This document shows positions 53,442-64,000 of a stretch of DNA of 64,000 nucleotides, piece by piece. The position numbers and the translations under genes are program-made. The stretch is taken from NCBI GenBank assembly GCA_028534125.1, contig CM052818.1:4342001-4406000 (forward strand), in the 5' to 3' direction. The notes under the pieces were generated by a model, which did no database searches, was not told where the DNA came from, and worked only from the letters and a program-made list of their open reading frames with translations. The DNA comes from Lama glama. Its lineage: Eukaryota. The first letter of the stretch is position 1. Every line of letters begins with the position of its first letter.

Positions 53442-53606
53442 TTCACGGACATTGGGACCTTCGAGACCGTGTGGCAGGTCAAGTTCTACAACTACCACAA
53501 GCGAGATCACTGCCAGTGGGGAAGCCCCTTCTCTGTCATTGAGTACGAATGCAAACCCAATGAGACCCGCAGCCTCATGTGGGTGAACAAGGAGTCCTTC
53601 CTCTGA
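53442..53606 (+). CDS. CNRIP1: CNRIP1 coding exon 3 (CRIP1a terminal exon, 54 codons plus TGA)
   Basis: Polypyrimidine tract with tcag| acceptor; translates [54 protein letters not shown]. Spliced CDS is 495 nt = 164 aa, ending in the class I PDZ-ligand-like SFL. Confidence 0.98.
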   Translation, partial: FTDIGTFETVWQVKFYNYHKRDHCQWGSPFSVIEYECKPNETRSLMWVNKESFL

Positions 53607-53996
53607 AGATGGTTCTTCCTGATGCTGCTGGACAATCTCTCCAAAAATCCACCTTCAGATAACCCAGCACATGCCTTCACCAAGGCATACCACACTGTTG
53701 CTATCTCCCCTCGGGTGCCAATGACCTACTAGCCCCGATTATTTTGCAAGTGTAATTCCCCTCTGATGCAATGTCCCTGACATAAAAGATCGTGATGTTC
53801 CCTGCCCAAGAGGCTCCCTTTCTGTATTCCGCGTTGGTGTTCCTGCCTCCAATTGTTCTCAGTCCTGCCGGTGACTGCCTGCCAGGAGCTCCGCGGAATC
53901 GGCAGGCTGTGTCTGGCACTTCACGTTGCCACTGAATGACCATGGTGTTTTGTTTCCAAGTTGAGTGATTCCTTCTTTTTTGTTAAATGTTAAGTA

Positions 53997-54002
53997 AATA
54001 AA
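53997..54002 (+). terminator. Candidate proximal polyadenylation signal of CNRIP1
   Basis: AATAAA about 390 nt after the stop codon, running into a genomic A-tract, with GT-rich sequence downstream. Confidence 0.5.
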
Positions 54003-54439
54003 AAAAAAAAAAAACAGTGTGCATGGGTTTCATCCCAAGTGTGCTACGGTAACACGTGACTGGTGATGCTTTCCAGCTCTCAAAGCAGGCTTTGTGAAAA
54101 TGGGGATGCAGAAAGCAGTCAAAGGGACTCAAGTGTGCTTTCTATAAACAGCTCGGCTTTTTCAGGGAAAGATAATGACAGGATAAAAGGACAAATATTT
54201 AAGAAGTATTTATAACCTATGAAAACTCTTTGAAGTAACGTAAGGTATTGTACAGCGACCTGGAAGTGGGAAAGAGCCCCGTGTGGACCACTGTTAAACA
54301 AGGTGACCAAAGCGACAGGGTTACCTCTCTGGCAAGCGACTGTAGTGTCCAAATGTGCATACTGATGGCTCCTTACATCCCCTTCACGTGAACTTTGTAA
54401 AACTGTGTATGGGACTGTAATCAACTTTTGATATTTCTT

Positions 54440-54445
54440 AATAAA
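54440..54445 (+). terminator. Candidate distal polyadenylation signal of CNRIP1
   Basis: AATAAA about 830 nt after the stop codon, with T-rich sequence downstream (atttgccttctttaattt). Confidence 0.55.
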
Positions 54446-54536
54446 GGGATTGAAAATCATCATGATTTGCCTTCTTTAATTTGGGCAACATCTGGCTAGC
54501 AGGTGGACCTCTGCTCCAGACCAGCTCCACTAAGAC

Positions 54537-55052
54537 TCTGACTGAATCCAGTCTCCTACCGCTTGCCACACGACAGGCCAGTAAATCGAGAGGAGGTGTT
54601 GGGGCAAGAAATAGCGACTTCATTCGGAAAGTCAGCAGACCGAGAGAATGGTGGATTTGTGTCCCAAAGAATCCTATCCCCTGAGTTAGAATTCAGGCTT
54701 CTTTTATACTAAAAGGGGAGGGTGTGTGGCTGTTTGTTGCAAATTTTTGGTGCCCGAATCCTTTGTTCTTGCAGCTGTCCATCTAGCTCTGGTCACAATG
54801 TTCCTATAAACCCACCAATGAGACAAATGTTACTCTTTGTTCTTCAACTTTTTATCTCTATATGAAAGGGGAAGTTTTAGACCTTTAAAGGCCAGAGCCT
54901 CGAGAATGGGCTATCGTGGCTATTTCAGGCTAAGGGCAGCCTTCTTTTATGAAAGGTGTAGAACCAGTGTGACCAAGCACAGACAACAGAGCACAGGGTG
55001 GAGTTAAAGGGATAGACCCAATATAGAGCCAGGTCTTGTCTTTTCTGTTACA
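54537..55052 (-). mobile_element. ERV1-type solo LTR immediately downstream of CNRIP1
   Basis: Ends ...ttctgttaca (TGTAACAG on -); near-TSD agac/agat; collinear with the LTR at 20864-21387; TATAAAA on - at 54702-54708. Confidence 0.8.
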
Positions 55053-56438
55053 AGATCTCCATCTGCACTGCAGGGTGAGGGGCATATACCTGGAGTAGAA
55101 TTAGCACACTTACTCCTAGATCAGTTCTGACAATTAAACAGGGAGTACTCTATCCAACTTCAACAGAGCTAAGCACAGGCTGAGACTCTTGGTGGGCAAT
55201 CAAAAAATGCTTGTTCCTGACCTCTCTCCAGTCCTCCTCTGGGCTGACTACTCCCTTATCAGCTGACTATGCCGCTGAAAAGCTTGAGGATGTGGTGCTG
55301 TAACAGCGCGTAGTCACCAGGTTGGAGACCTCCTTGCCTGCTCTCAGTTACTGCAAGGTACCTGGCACAAAGCCCTGATTCCGGGGCAGTTTGAAGATGA
55401 ATTCCCTCAGAAGGAAGGAAACAGTCTCTCGAAAAGTAACTTACCACTCTGCAACAGTATCATCACGTTCACTTGGAAAGCGCAAGTCCTACTGCGCTGG
55501 AAAAGCGACACAGGGATTTGTGATTTCCTGCCTGTGAGCCTTCCATCTAAGAACGCGCAAGGTTAATGGGACTATTGCAAAGAGTCAGTTTGTTATAGAA
55601 ATGAACTTGGAAGGCTGGCACCAAACCCTCTGCACCTCTGAGTCACTTTCCTGCAATGGGGCTGTGCAGCCAGCAGGGCACAGCAACGCCTTGGATTTGG
55701 GCTAATCGTGAGCGATGTCAGAAGAGAGGTGTATGCTTCGCAACTTGCTCGTTTTTCAAAAACGATAAGTGTCTATCACACTGCTGCTAAACATAAGCGT
55801 GAATCCCTTCCTAATTATTGTGTTTTAAAAACCAACACTCGACTGATTATTTAAACACTGAGATATTTAAAGCCATGGGTTTACTACAGAGGCTTAAGTT
55901 TCCTTCCAGAATATCCAGTAGACACGCAGAGGTATTAGAAGGCAGGAAAAGGTGAGAACTACATAGTTTAGCCTACATATTTGAAACTTCTGATGAGTAA
56001 ATATTTTCATCTGGTTAAAAAGGGCTTTTGAGCTAGTGACTCAAAAGCTGTAGTATTTGTTCTGAGGAGTAGAAGCAAGATCATGGCTTTTGCCAGTTTC
56101 CATGGGTTGGTTTGTGGTTTTTGTTTGTTTGTTTGTTTGTTTGATTGATTTTGTTTGTTGTTTGCTTTCTTGCTTGTTTTAACTAGAGGCGTTAATTTTT
56201 GAGTTCAGAATGACTCAAGACAGGGCTAGGGGAAATACGGCTCATGTAACTGGACCCACTCTCCCACAGAAGAGCAGGAAGGTGAGTCCCGGAGACACAC
56301 TGCGCGAGTCTAAGTGGTCACCATCATTCAATGTCTCAGTTTGCTTGTGTCTAAAACAAGAACTTCAGCTAGTGGGGTGCTAAAGCACGTTAAGATTTAT
56401 AGTTTGTACCTCTACTTTATATTCCTTTTTTTTTTTTT

Positions 56439-56538
56439 NNNNNNNNNNNNNNNNNNNNNNNNNNNNNNNNNNNNNNNNNNNNNNNNNNNNNNNNNNNNNN
56501 NNNNNNNNNNNNNNNNNNNNNNNNNNNNNNNNNNNNNN
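56439..56538. other. Assembly gap (100 N)
   Basis: Run of N following a poly(T). Confidence 1.
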
Positions 56539-57418
56539 TTTGCCCCTCAGCCATCTGGAAGGGCTATTTTTGTACAAGTTGTAGCCATGTCTCTCTACTT
56601 CTAAGCATCGGATGGCTACCCAGAAGCTTGAGGAACCAGGCCACCCTTCTAATTACGATGATGACTGAAGCACTTTGGAACAGGTGGAAGAGTAGAAATG
56701 CCTTGAATTCAGATTTTGTGACACCTTGCTCACTGGGAAGTCACTCGTCCAGCCCTCTAGACTATCTGGATCACAGCTGAGAACAGTAAACATGCCAAAA
56801 AGGAAAGATCTCTTGTCGCAGATGTCGCAGATGTCACAGAGTCCAGTCACTCAAGGCTTGGGTCTTCTCTCAAGGCCTCATGACTTGTATTTTAGAGACA
56901 GTTCTAACTTATAGGATGAGCTGGTTTCTGGCCCTTAGGAAATTGGAATCAGAATAATTAGGGGAGAGAGGGCAATTTGTAGAGGTAGATACACCAGAAA
57001 TAAATGTTTTGCAAAGAGAAACAGGCTTTTATCAAGTCTCTTTTATGGAGACCCAGTTCTGAATAATATGCAAACATCAGGACAAAATCAGAGAACTTAA
57101 AAGCCGGTAAAGGTCAAGAGTGATGTCGAAAGTTCTAGTTGTTATTTCTTTTAATCCCCTCAACTCTGTGAGGTGGGCAGCGCGTGTCATATCGCCATTG
57201 TCCAGAAGAGAAATAAGTCTCAGATGTTGAAAAGTAAGGCTCAGGTTTAAACAGCTGATTTTACAAGAAACTATGTGATCCTCATTTCCTCATTTATGGA
57301 ATGGTGACAGTACTGTCCACTTCACAAAGTGTGTTAGGGTTAAATAATAGATCACATGCAAAGCCCCTTCCTTCTGTTCTCATCACATTCTTCCTGACAC
57401 ATTTTATTTAAAATGACT

Positions 57419-57790
57419 TCACAGACAAAGACAAATATCATATGATATGACTTCTATGTGGAATCTTTAAAAAATGACACAAATGAACTAATTTACAAAA
57501 CAGAGACTCACAGACATAGAAAAGAAACTCATGGTTACCAAGGGGGAGAGGGGAGAGGAATGGATAAGTTAGGAGTTTGGAATTCACAGACACAAACTGC
57601 TATATATAAAATACATAAACAACAAGGTCCTACTTATATAGCACAGGGAGCTATATTCAATAGCTTATAATAACCTATAATGACAAAGAATATAGAATAT
57701 ATGTATGGATAACTGAATCAGCATGCTGTACACCAAAAACTAACACAACATTGTAAATCAACTATACTTCAATAAAATAAATTAAATACA
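57419..57790 (+). mobile_element. 5'-truncated L1 3' end
   Basis: aaagacaaatatcatatgatat...aactaacacaacattgtaaatcaactatacttcaataaaa; flanking duplication aaaatgac (about 57410 and about 57958). Confidence 0.88.
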
Positions 57791-57803
57791 AAATATGTTT
57801 TAA

Positions 57804-57945
57804 GAACAGGAGGGTATAGCTCAGTGGTAGGGCATGTGCTTAGCATGCACAAGTTCCTGGGTTCAATCCCCAGTACCTCTGATAAATAAATAAATAAACT
57901 TAATTATCTCCCCCCCAAAAAAGCAAACAAAAAACAAAACAAAAA
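57804..57945 (+). mobile_element. tRNA-Ala-derived camelid-type SINE (Vic-1-like) in the L1 tail
   Basis: ggagggtatagctcagtggtagggcatgtgcttagcatgcacaagttcctgggttcaatccccagtacc; TSD aaaatatgttttaa / aaaatatgctttaa. Confidence 0.88.
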
Positions 57946-58384
57946 AAATATGCTTTAAAAATGACATCATCATGTGCCCACACTCTGACAGTGTTTGTGT
58001 TTTCAACCTACTGGTTTTGCTTTCATTTGTTTGCAGTCTAGTAGATCAAATGCTTTTTCCCAAAGAAAATTACTGTGAATGTGTTAAATATATATATATA
58101 ATATATATACATATATGTATATTGTATACATATATGTATATTGTATATATATTATATATATATAACTTAGAATTATTGTCAGTAAATAGAAGTGTGAAAT
58201 TTCTAGAAACTCAGTGTTCAGTTGGAAACCTCTAACTGTCTACACAGCAAATTACTTGAAGATGACAATTTCTCTTTGAAGTTGTGCAAACTACTGTTAG
58301 AGCACTAGATAAGACTAATGCAATTCTTTTTCTTAATAAGGATGGTATGCCATTCCCCATCTGCTGACAAATGAAAAATGTGAT

Positions 58385-58550
58385 GGGGGGAGGGTATAGC
58401 TCAGTGGTTAGTGGACATGCTTAGCATGCACGAGGTCCTGGGTTCAATTCCCAGTACCTCCATTAAAATAACTAACTAAATAAACCTAATTACCTCCCCC
58501 CCTAAACACACACAAAATCAAAATAATTTTTTTAAAAAGAAAACAAAAAC
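58385..58550 (+). mobile_element. tRNA-Ala-derived camelid-type SINE (Vic-1-like)
   Basis: ggggggagggtatagctcagtggttagtggacatgcttagcatgcacgaggtcctgggttcaattcccagtacctcc followed by aacctaattacctcccccc and an A-rich tail. Confidence 0.88.
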
Positions 58551-61500
58551 AGGACAGTATTTTTGGCCCCAACCTCGTGCTTGAACGGTAACCCTGGGAG
58601 GCACTCTTGCCTCGGGCCGCAGTGGATTTCTGATTCTCCTGCAGATATTCAGAGCCGGGACAGTTTCCTTGCACGGCCTGTTCCCTCTGCTCGGAATGCC
58701 CTGCTCCATTTCTACCTAGCAAATGCCTCCAAGTGCCAACTTGAATGTCACCTCTGCTGAGAAGTCTTTCCTGACTCCTCAAAAATGTTGAGTCAAGAAT
58801 AATTTTGCAATCGTGTTTATTCAAATCTTTTCTCTTATTACCCCATTTCTGAAAAGTGTCACCAACCTCCCTCTAACTTCTGCTTTTCTTAAGTCCCCTG
58901 GATGGCTTCCACGTATTCTGACTGACTCCATGAAAATGAGCTGACTCAATAAAAAAAGGATGAGATTCTAGAAAAAGCTAGCTGGTTGGCTAACTGGCTG
59001 GGAAAAAAAAAAAAAACAAGCTAGCAAGAAGTTTGGAAGATATGAGCCTTTAATGGGTTAGCTCTGCTCCTTTTAAATGATATTGAAAGAAAGAAAGTGG
59101 ATGAGAAAGAAAAAGTATCTGAGGTCTCTTTTCTGACATTGCTTGAAATGAGCATGCCTTTTCATGTCAGTGTTATGAATGATGGTGGTACTAAGGTGTG
59201 AAGTTCTTTTAAAGGAGTTTATTTATGTCAGGTAATCATTTTGTGCTGCTCATCAAATTTTTCCAGCCCTTCCCTGTCTAGCCACGTGACCAGACTGCAC
59301 ATTCAGGATGGGGGTAGGGCCATGTGAGAGTAGCTCAGACCAATGAGATGTGAGCAGAGGTGACGTGTGTCACTTCCAAGCTGAACTAGCCAACCGTCAG
59401 TGCAAGATCCAGACCTTGCTTTCCGTTTGCCATGGCAACCAGCCACCTTCAAGACGATCCATCATTCTGCATCCTGGAGTGAGAAGGCATGGAGCTGAAC
59501 CTTAGCCAACCTTCATTGGATCTGTAGCATCAGTAAGAAATAAACGTTCCCCCCCCTAATTGTTTATTGTGAAAAATGTTGAAATACAGAACAGGAGAAA
59601 GAACTGTACAGCAAAACCCCACATACCCATCACCTGGATTTCATAATGAACATTTTGCTATAATGGCTTTATCACTTATTTATCCATCCATTCATCCTGC
59701 ATCAGTCCACCTTTTTTTGGGGGGGGGCTCAAGGGTGGGGAATGAGAGACTATTGTAAAACACTACTGAGATTTGGGGGTTGTTCATCACCCCGCATAAT
59801 CCAGACTTCCCTTGCAACATCTGGGGAACCCCAGCCAACTACTCTGTTTCAGCAGAGAATGCTATAATGGAACTACTCTAAAAAGAAAAATTGTTCTAAG
59901 TTGGTATTCATTGTTTTAAGTTCCAAGAAATCATTTCCTGCCAAGAAAAGTTAAAAGCCCTGGGGTGAGTTAGGAGAAACAGTAAACCACCTTTTTTCTC
60001 TCATGGGCTTAAAAAAATAAGATAAACTCTGAGTGAGCTAATTTAGATAGGGTTCTGTTTAGAGGCAGAGGGATGGATTAAATAAGGAAAAGCAAAGCAA
60101 AAATCACATTCACTTAGTGCCTGTTACATGGCAGATATTCTAGGTATACAAGCTTCTTATATCATTCAAATCATTAAATATATATAATTTCCCCTTGTAA
60201 TATGAGATTAAGCTCAGAGAGGTTAAGCTGCCTGCTCAGGGTTACACAGCTAGTGCAAGTGGAAGAGGCAGAATGAAAATCCAAATGAATTCAACACACT
60301 TCTTTTGATCTCTGACAGCCCTGGAAGCTAACATTTTCCTCCCACTGAAAATTTTGTCCTCAGAGAGGCATTGCCCATGAGGTGACAATGGTGTTAGTGG
60401 CAACCTCCCTCATGGCTTGAAGCAGAATTTCACATTTTGAAGTTATTTGACAAGAATATTTTTTGAATGTTCAGAAAAGCTCAACAAACCCATGAAATAT
60501 AGGCATTGTGAATTTCTCAAAGCTGAAACAGCTGGTTTTTCTTTTGGTTTTATTAGTCACTTTCTCTGATCAAAAAAAAAACTAAACTAAAAACTAAAAT
60601 ACAATTTTTTTTTCATTTTTTTCAGTTGAAAGCCCAGTTGGAATGTTGATTTACTCACAGTTCATTCTTTATGCTTATATTTTATTGTGGAGTATGTGTG
60701 TGTGTGTGTGTGTGTCTTATTTCCCCAAATCTAGAGGATTACACCTTGAAATTTAATGACAACGACCAGGCTGACAGTTCATTTTCAGAACTTTCAAGGC
60801 TATAGCCTAATGATTTCCGATTGATGTGAGTTATACTCAGGAGAATGGATATGTTGGATGTGACCTTAAATCATCAGATTCCTACTGGGGACAAGGATGT
60901 TTTTCCTGAGCTAAGCAGCTCTTCCTTGTCAGAGCAGGAGGGAATAACTCAGCCAGCTTGCCTGGGAAGACAGCCTAAGAACCCACTGAGAACCCACTGA
61001 GAACTTGGGATCATGAGAATTTGTCCTCATCCTATAATAGTAAGCCAATCCTGAGTGAAAATTCCCTTCAAATACTGGAACACAGGTTATCTTTCTTAAC
61101 TTTTCTATAGAGCTTAACCTTTTCCTAGGGTAAGGGAGGTTGGGTAACCAAGGCTCAGGAGATTAAGGCCATAAAATAAAATGTGGATACTTAAAGGGAC
61201 AGCATGAGGGAGTTTCCTGAGTGATGGAACCCTTTTGTGTCCTGATAGTGGTGGTTCTGGCATGAATCTGTACAGATGTTAAAAGTCATAGACCTGTGTG
61301 CACCACGCACTTACACAGTTAATTTTACGGTATGCTTACTCTTTTAAAAACCTAAAGATACTAATGCTAAGGGGCCCATGAGGCTAGGACTCAAGCTGTC
61401 ATGGCCAGCCCATCCCCACAAAGCATCAGGGGATAAAATTCCAGAGGGTGGACCCCTAAACAGATTTCCAAGGGCTCGTTGCCAGTACCACCCTCTCCTC

Positions 61501-62734
61501 TTTCCTTCGGATATATAAATCCTTCCAGAAAACTGCCAGGTCAAATGCTCTTCATAAACCAGAGAAGAGTTCAATGTTTCCCACAGATGGTCCGCTGATC
61601 CTCTGTGTGTCTGCATTGAGGCTGGAGTTCTGAGGCTGAAGGCTGGCGGTGCCAAGGTGGCAGTTACTGATAAGGCAGAATCTAGCCAATGTGGGTGTGG
61701 GAGGTACCTAAAACAGAATCTGTGTTCGTTCAACTGGGTTGACCTCAGTGGGTCTGAGGAAATCAGTCTGCAGAGTTGAGACAGGGCTCACTCAAAGGAA
61801 ATTCACAGGATTGAGAGTCAGGGCATTTCCAGGCAGATCCACCTGGCTGTGGTTGGAGAGCCTGGACGTGGGTTGGAGAGCCCCTGGGGGACATCTGCTG
61901 CCTGGAAACCCCACCCCGGCACCAGAGCCTAACCCGTGTCCACCTCAGTCTCTGCAAGAGCCCACCCGTTATTTGTCTGAGTCTTCACTTTGGCCAGTGC
62001 CGTCCTGGGCTGTCGTACATTGTCTAGAACCTGTGAATCTTCACGGAGCTCATTTATCTTGGGAGGGAAACTCTGAGCAGACTTGAAGGCAGGGGTAGGA
62101 GACACCTGCTGAAGACACCAGGGAGCATTTGGCAGGGTGGGTGGGGAAATGAGGCAAAACAGAGCGTGGGGAGCTGGGAGTTAGCCCACGCTCCCCCTCC
62201 TGCGGCATCTGGTGCCCCAGGAGCTGCTCTTAAGCAATGCTGGCGTGAACCTGTACTGATCCTTCCCTTTGGGAGTGAGGGGAGACAGGCTTAAAGGTGT
62301 TAAAATGTTTGGAGAACATCCAAGGAAAAGCTTGTCGCAAACGCAACGTATTAATGAAAACAGCTTGGGCCTGGCTAAATGGTGATTTTTCGAACAAAAC
62401 AAACAGATGGGAGTTGACGACAATTGTTCTGAAAAAGAAACAGTCCAGTCCTGGTACACGGAGCCTGATGCTTCCTCAGTGTCTTCCCAGAATTCTCCAC
62501 GCTGCGGTTTTCTCCAATGTAGGCTGGTATCTATTTATTCTCAGGAACACCAGCAACCACCTCAAGGGACCTCTTACGGGCACAAGCACATTCTCTAATG
62601 TATGCCAGCTGGAGGAACAAAGGTTATTGCTTTTTTTTTTCTTTTTCTTTTTCAGATTATTTGCTTTGCATTCTAGGGGAGGGCCTCTCACGGGCCATTG
62701 GAATGATCTGAGATGCTTATTAAAATTATTATTT

Positions 62735-62866
62735 GTGGGGGGAAGGTAGAGCTCAAGTGGTAGAGTGCATATTTAGCAGGCAGGAGGTCCTGGGTTCAAT
62801 CCCCAGTCCCTCCTTTAAAAATAAATAAATAGATCTAATTATATCCCCCCCCAAAAAAACCATTTA
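62735..62866 (+). mobile_element. tRNA-Ala-derived camelid-type SINE (Vic-1-like) nested in a MER5-like relic
   Basis: ggggggaaggtagagctcaagtggtagagtgcat..ttagcag..ggaggtcctgggttcaatcccc; TSD aaaattattattt on both sides. Confidence 0.85.
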
Positions 62867-63039
62867 AAAATTATTATTTTTATTAATATAGATTCTTGAG
62901 CTCCACCTTGTCACGCCTGCCAAATTAGGTGGAGTCTCTGGGAGGAAATCGAAAGCATCTGCATTTTAACAAGCACCTTCGTGATCCTTATGGCGGGAAA
63001 GTTGAGAAACCACTGCCCTAAGGTCTATTCACTCTGGTC

Positions 63040-63900
63040 CTTCTGTTTAACGTTCGTTGACTTTTTCAACGAACATTCACGTGCCAGCTACTCTGTGGGA
63101 CCGGAAACGGTGAGGGTACTCCAATAAATATTCAAGTGGCTCATCACCAGTTAATTACAGTTCAAGGTGGTAAAAGCTGTGCCAGAAGGGGATATAAAAT
63201 CCATGAAAGGCGAGAGGAGGCGGCTGCAGGAGTTGAAGGCAGTTTTGTAGACGATATCTGAGCTGCATCTTGACAAATAAGTAGCATCCCTTCAGGAGGC
63301 TTGGGAGAAAGCACACTGAACGCATAGGGAAGGTATCACAGGGAGTCGGCCCGTGAGGGCGTGTGGTCCACTCTGGAAGGTGGGATTCTGCGCACCTGGA
63401 GCCCAGGGAGTAGAGGAGGAGGAAAGAGGCATAGACCTGACTATGAGCAGCTTGGCATAGAAGCTGAGAGGTGTAGGTTTTGCTCTATGGAAAACAGGAG
63501 CTGGAGAATATTTGAAGCATCAAATGACAGGATGCTAGGTGTGTCCTGTCTCATTGTTTGGAGCAGAGAGAAGAGGAGAGAAGCATCTGCAATGATGAGA
63601 GGGCAGGAGGCTAAACCCAGACAAGGGCACGCGGGGGCAGAGAGGGCTTGGGGGTGGAGTTCAGGGACTGTGAGAATCCTGGGGAGGGGGAGACCTAGAG
63701 GGAGCTTAAGCCGCAGGATGGAGAGGTAGAGAGGCCATTGCCCAGGACAGGAAATGAGGTAGGTCCAGATTAAGCAAGGGATGTGAGAAACAGCCAGTCC
63801 GCATCCAGAGCCTCATCCAGGGGAAGACACTTTCAACACCCATATGAGCCTCCCAGCTCAGAATTTGAAAGCCAACCTGACATTTGAGCTTGTGAGCGAA
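63040..63900 (-). mobile_element. L2 LINE relic
   Basis: ttcaacgaacatt...gtgccagc...tctgagctgcatcttga...ggagctggagaatatttgaagc...tgacaggat. Confidence 0.55.
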
Positions 63901-64000
63901 TTGCCTATAGGTGACAGCTTCTGCTGAGCTAGGCAATAGGTTTAAAGCTATCTGGTAAGTGGGAAAAAAAGTCACCACATAATATGTAGTTTGATTCCTT

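Noticed and set aside
20864..55052. The two same-family, same-strand LTRs as ends of one provirus
   Set aside because: They are about 33 kb apart, enclose a conserved host gene, have different flanking 4-mers and are clearly diverged. They are independent solo LTRs.
57809..57880. tRNA-Ala-like sequences (also about 58390, 62740 and 9000) as tRNA genes
   Set aside because: They carry SINE-specific 3' bodies, A-rich tails and, in most copies, TSDs, and have substitutions in the stems. They are SINE heads.
58972..59025. aagctagc repeat flanking a short segment and an A-tract, as a possible micro-insertion
   Set aside because: The repeat is only about 8 bp and the insert is unrecognisable, so the evidence is insufficient.
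55100..64000. Start of the expected downstream neighbour PPP3R1 or a CRIP1b-type terminal exon
   Set aside because: No CpG island or recognisable coding exon is seen in this interval.

Overview
Mammalian genomic DNA, very likely a camelid, because it carries four copies of a tRNA-Ala-derived SINE resembling camelid Vic-1. The window holds the complete three-exon coding sequence of CNRIP1 on the + strand: 36018-36196, 38292-38442 and 53442-53606, giving the 164-aa CRIP1a protein, with a CpG-island promoter. The first coding exon of PLEK (pleckstrin, MEPKRIREGYLVKK) lies on the - strand at 6169-6210, head-to-head with CNRIP1 about 30 kb away; the ORF track misses it. The rest is intronic or intergenic DNA rich in L1, L2, MIR, MaLR, ERV1-type solo LTRs and DNA-transposon relics, with two 100-N assembly gaps. 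Almost all other ORFs in the track are spurious or repeat-derived. I see no convincing new multi-gene system. The best observations are an L1 3' transduction with a perfect 15-bp TSD in CNRIP1 intron 2, a twin-primed (5'-inverted) L1, a poly(A)-only insertion, two long-spacer REST/RE1-like sites upstream of CNRIP1, an antisense solo LTR next to the CNRIP1 3' end, and a myeloid-type motif cluster in PLEK intron 1. Repeat subfamily names come from recall of consensus sequences, not from a database search.
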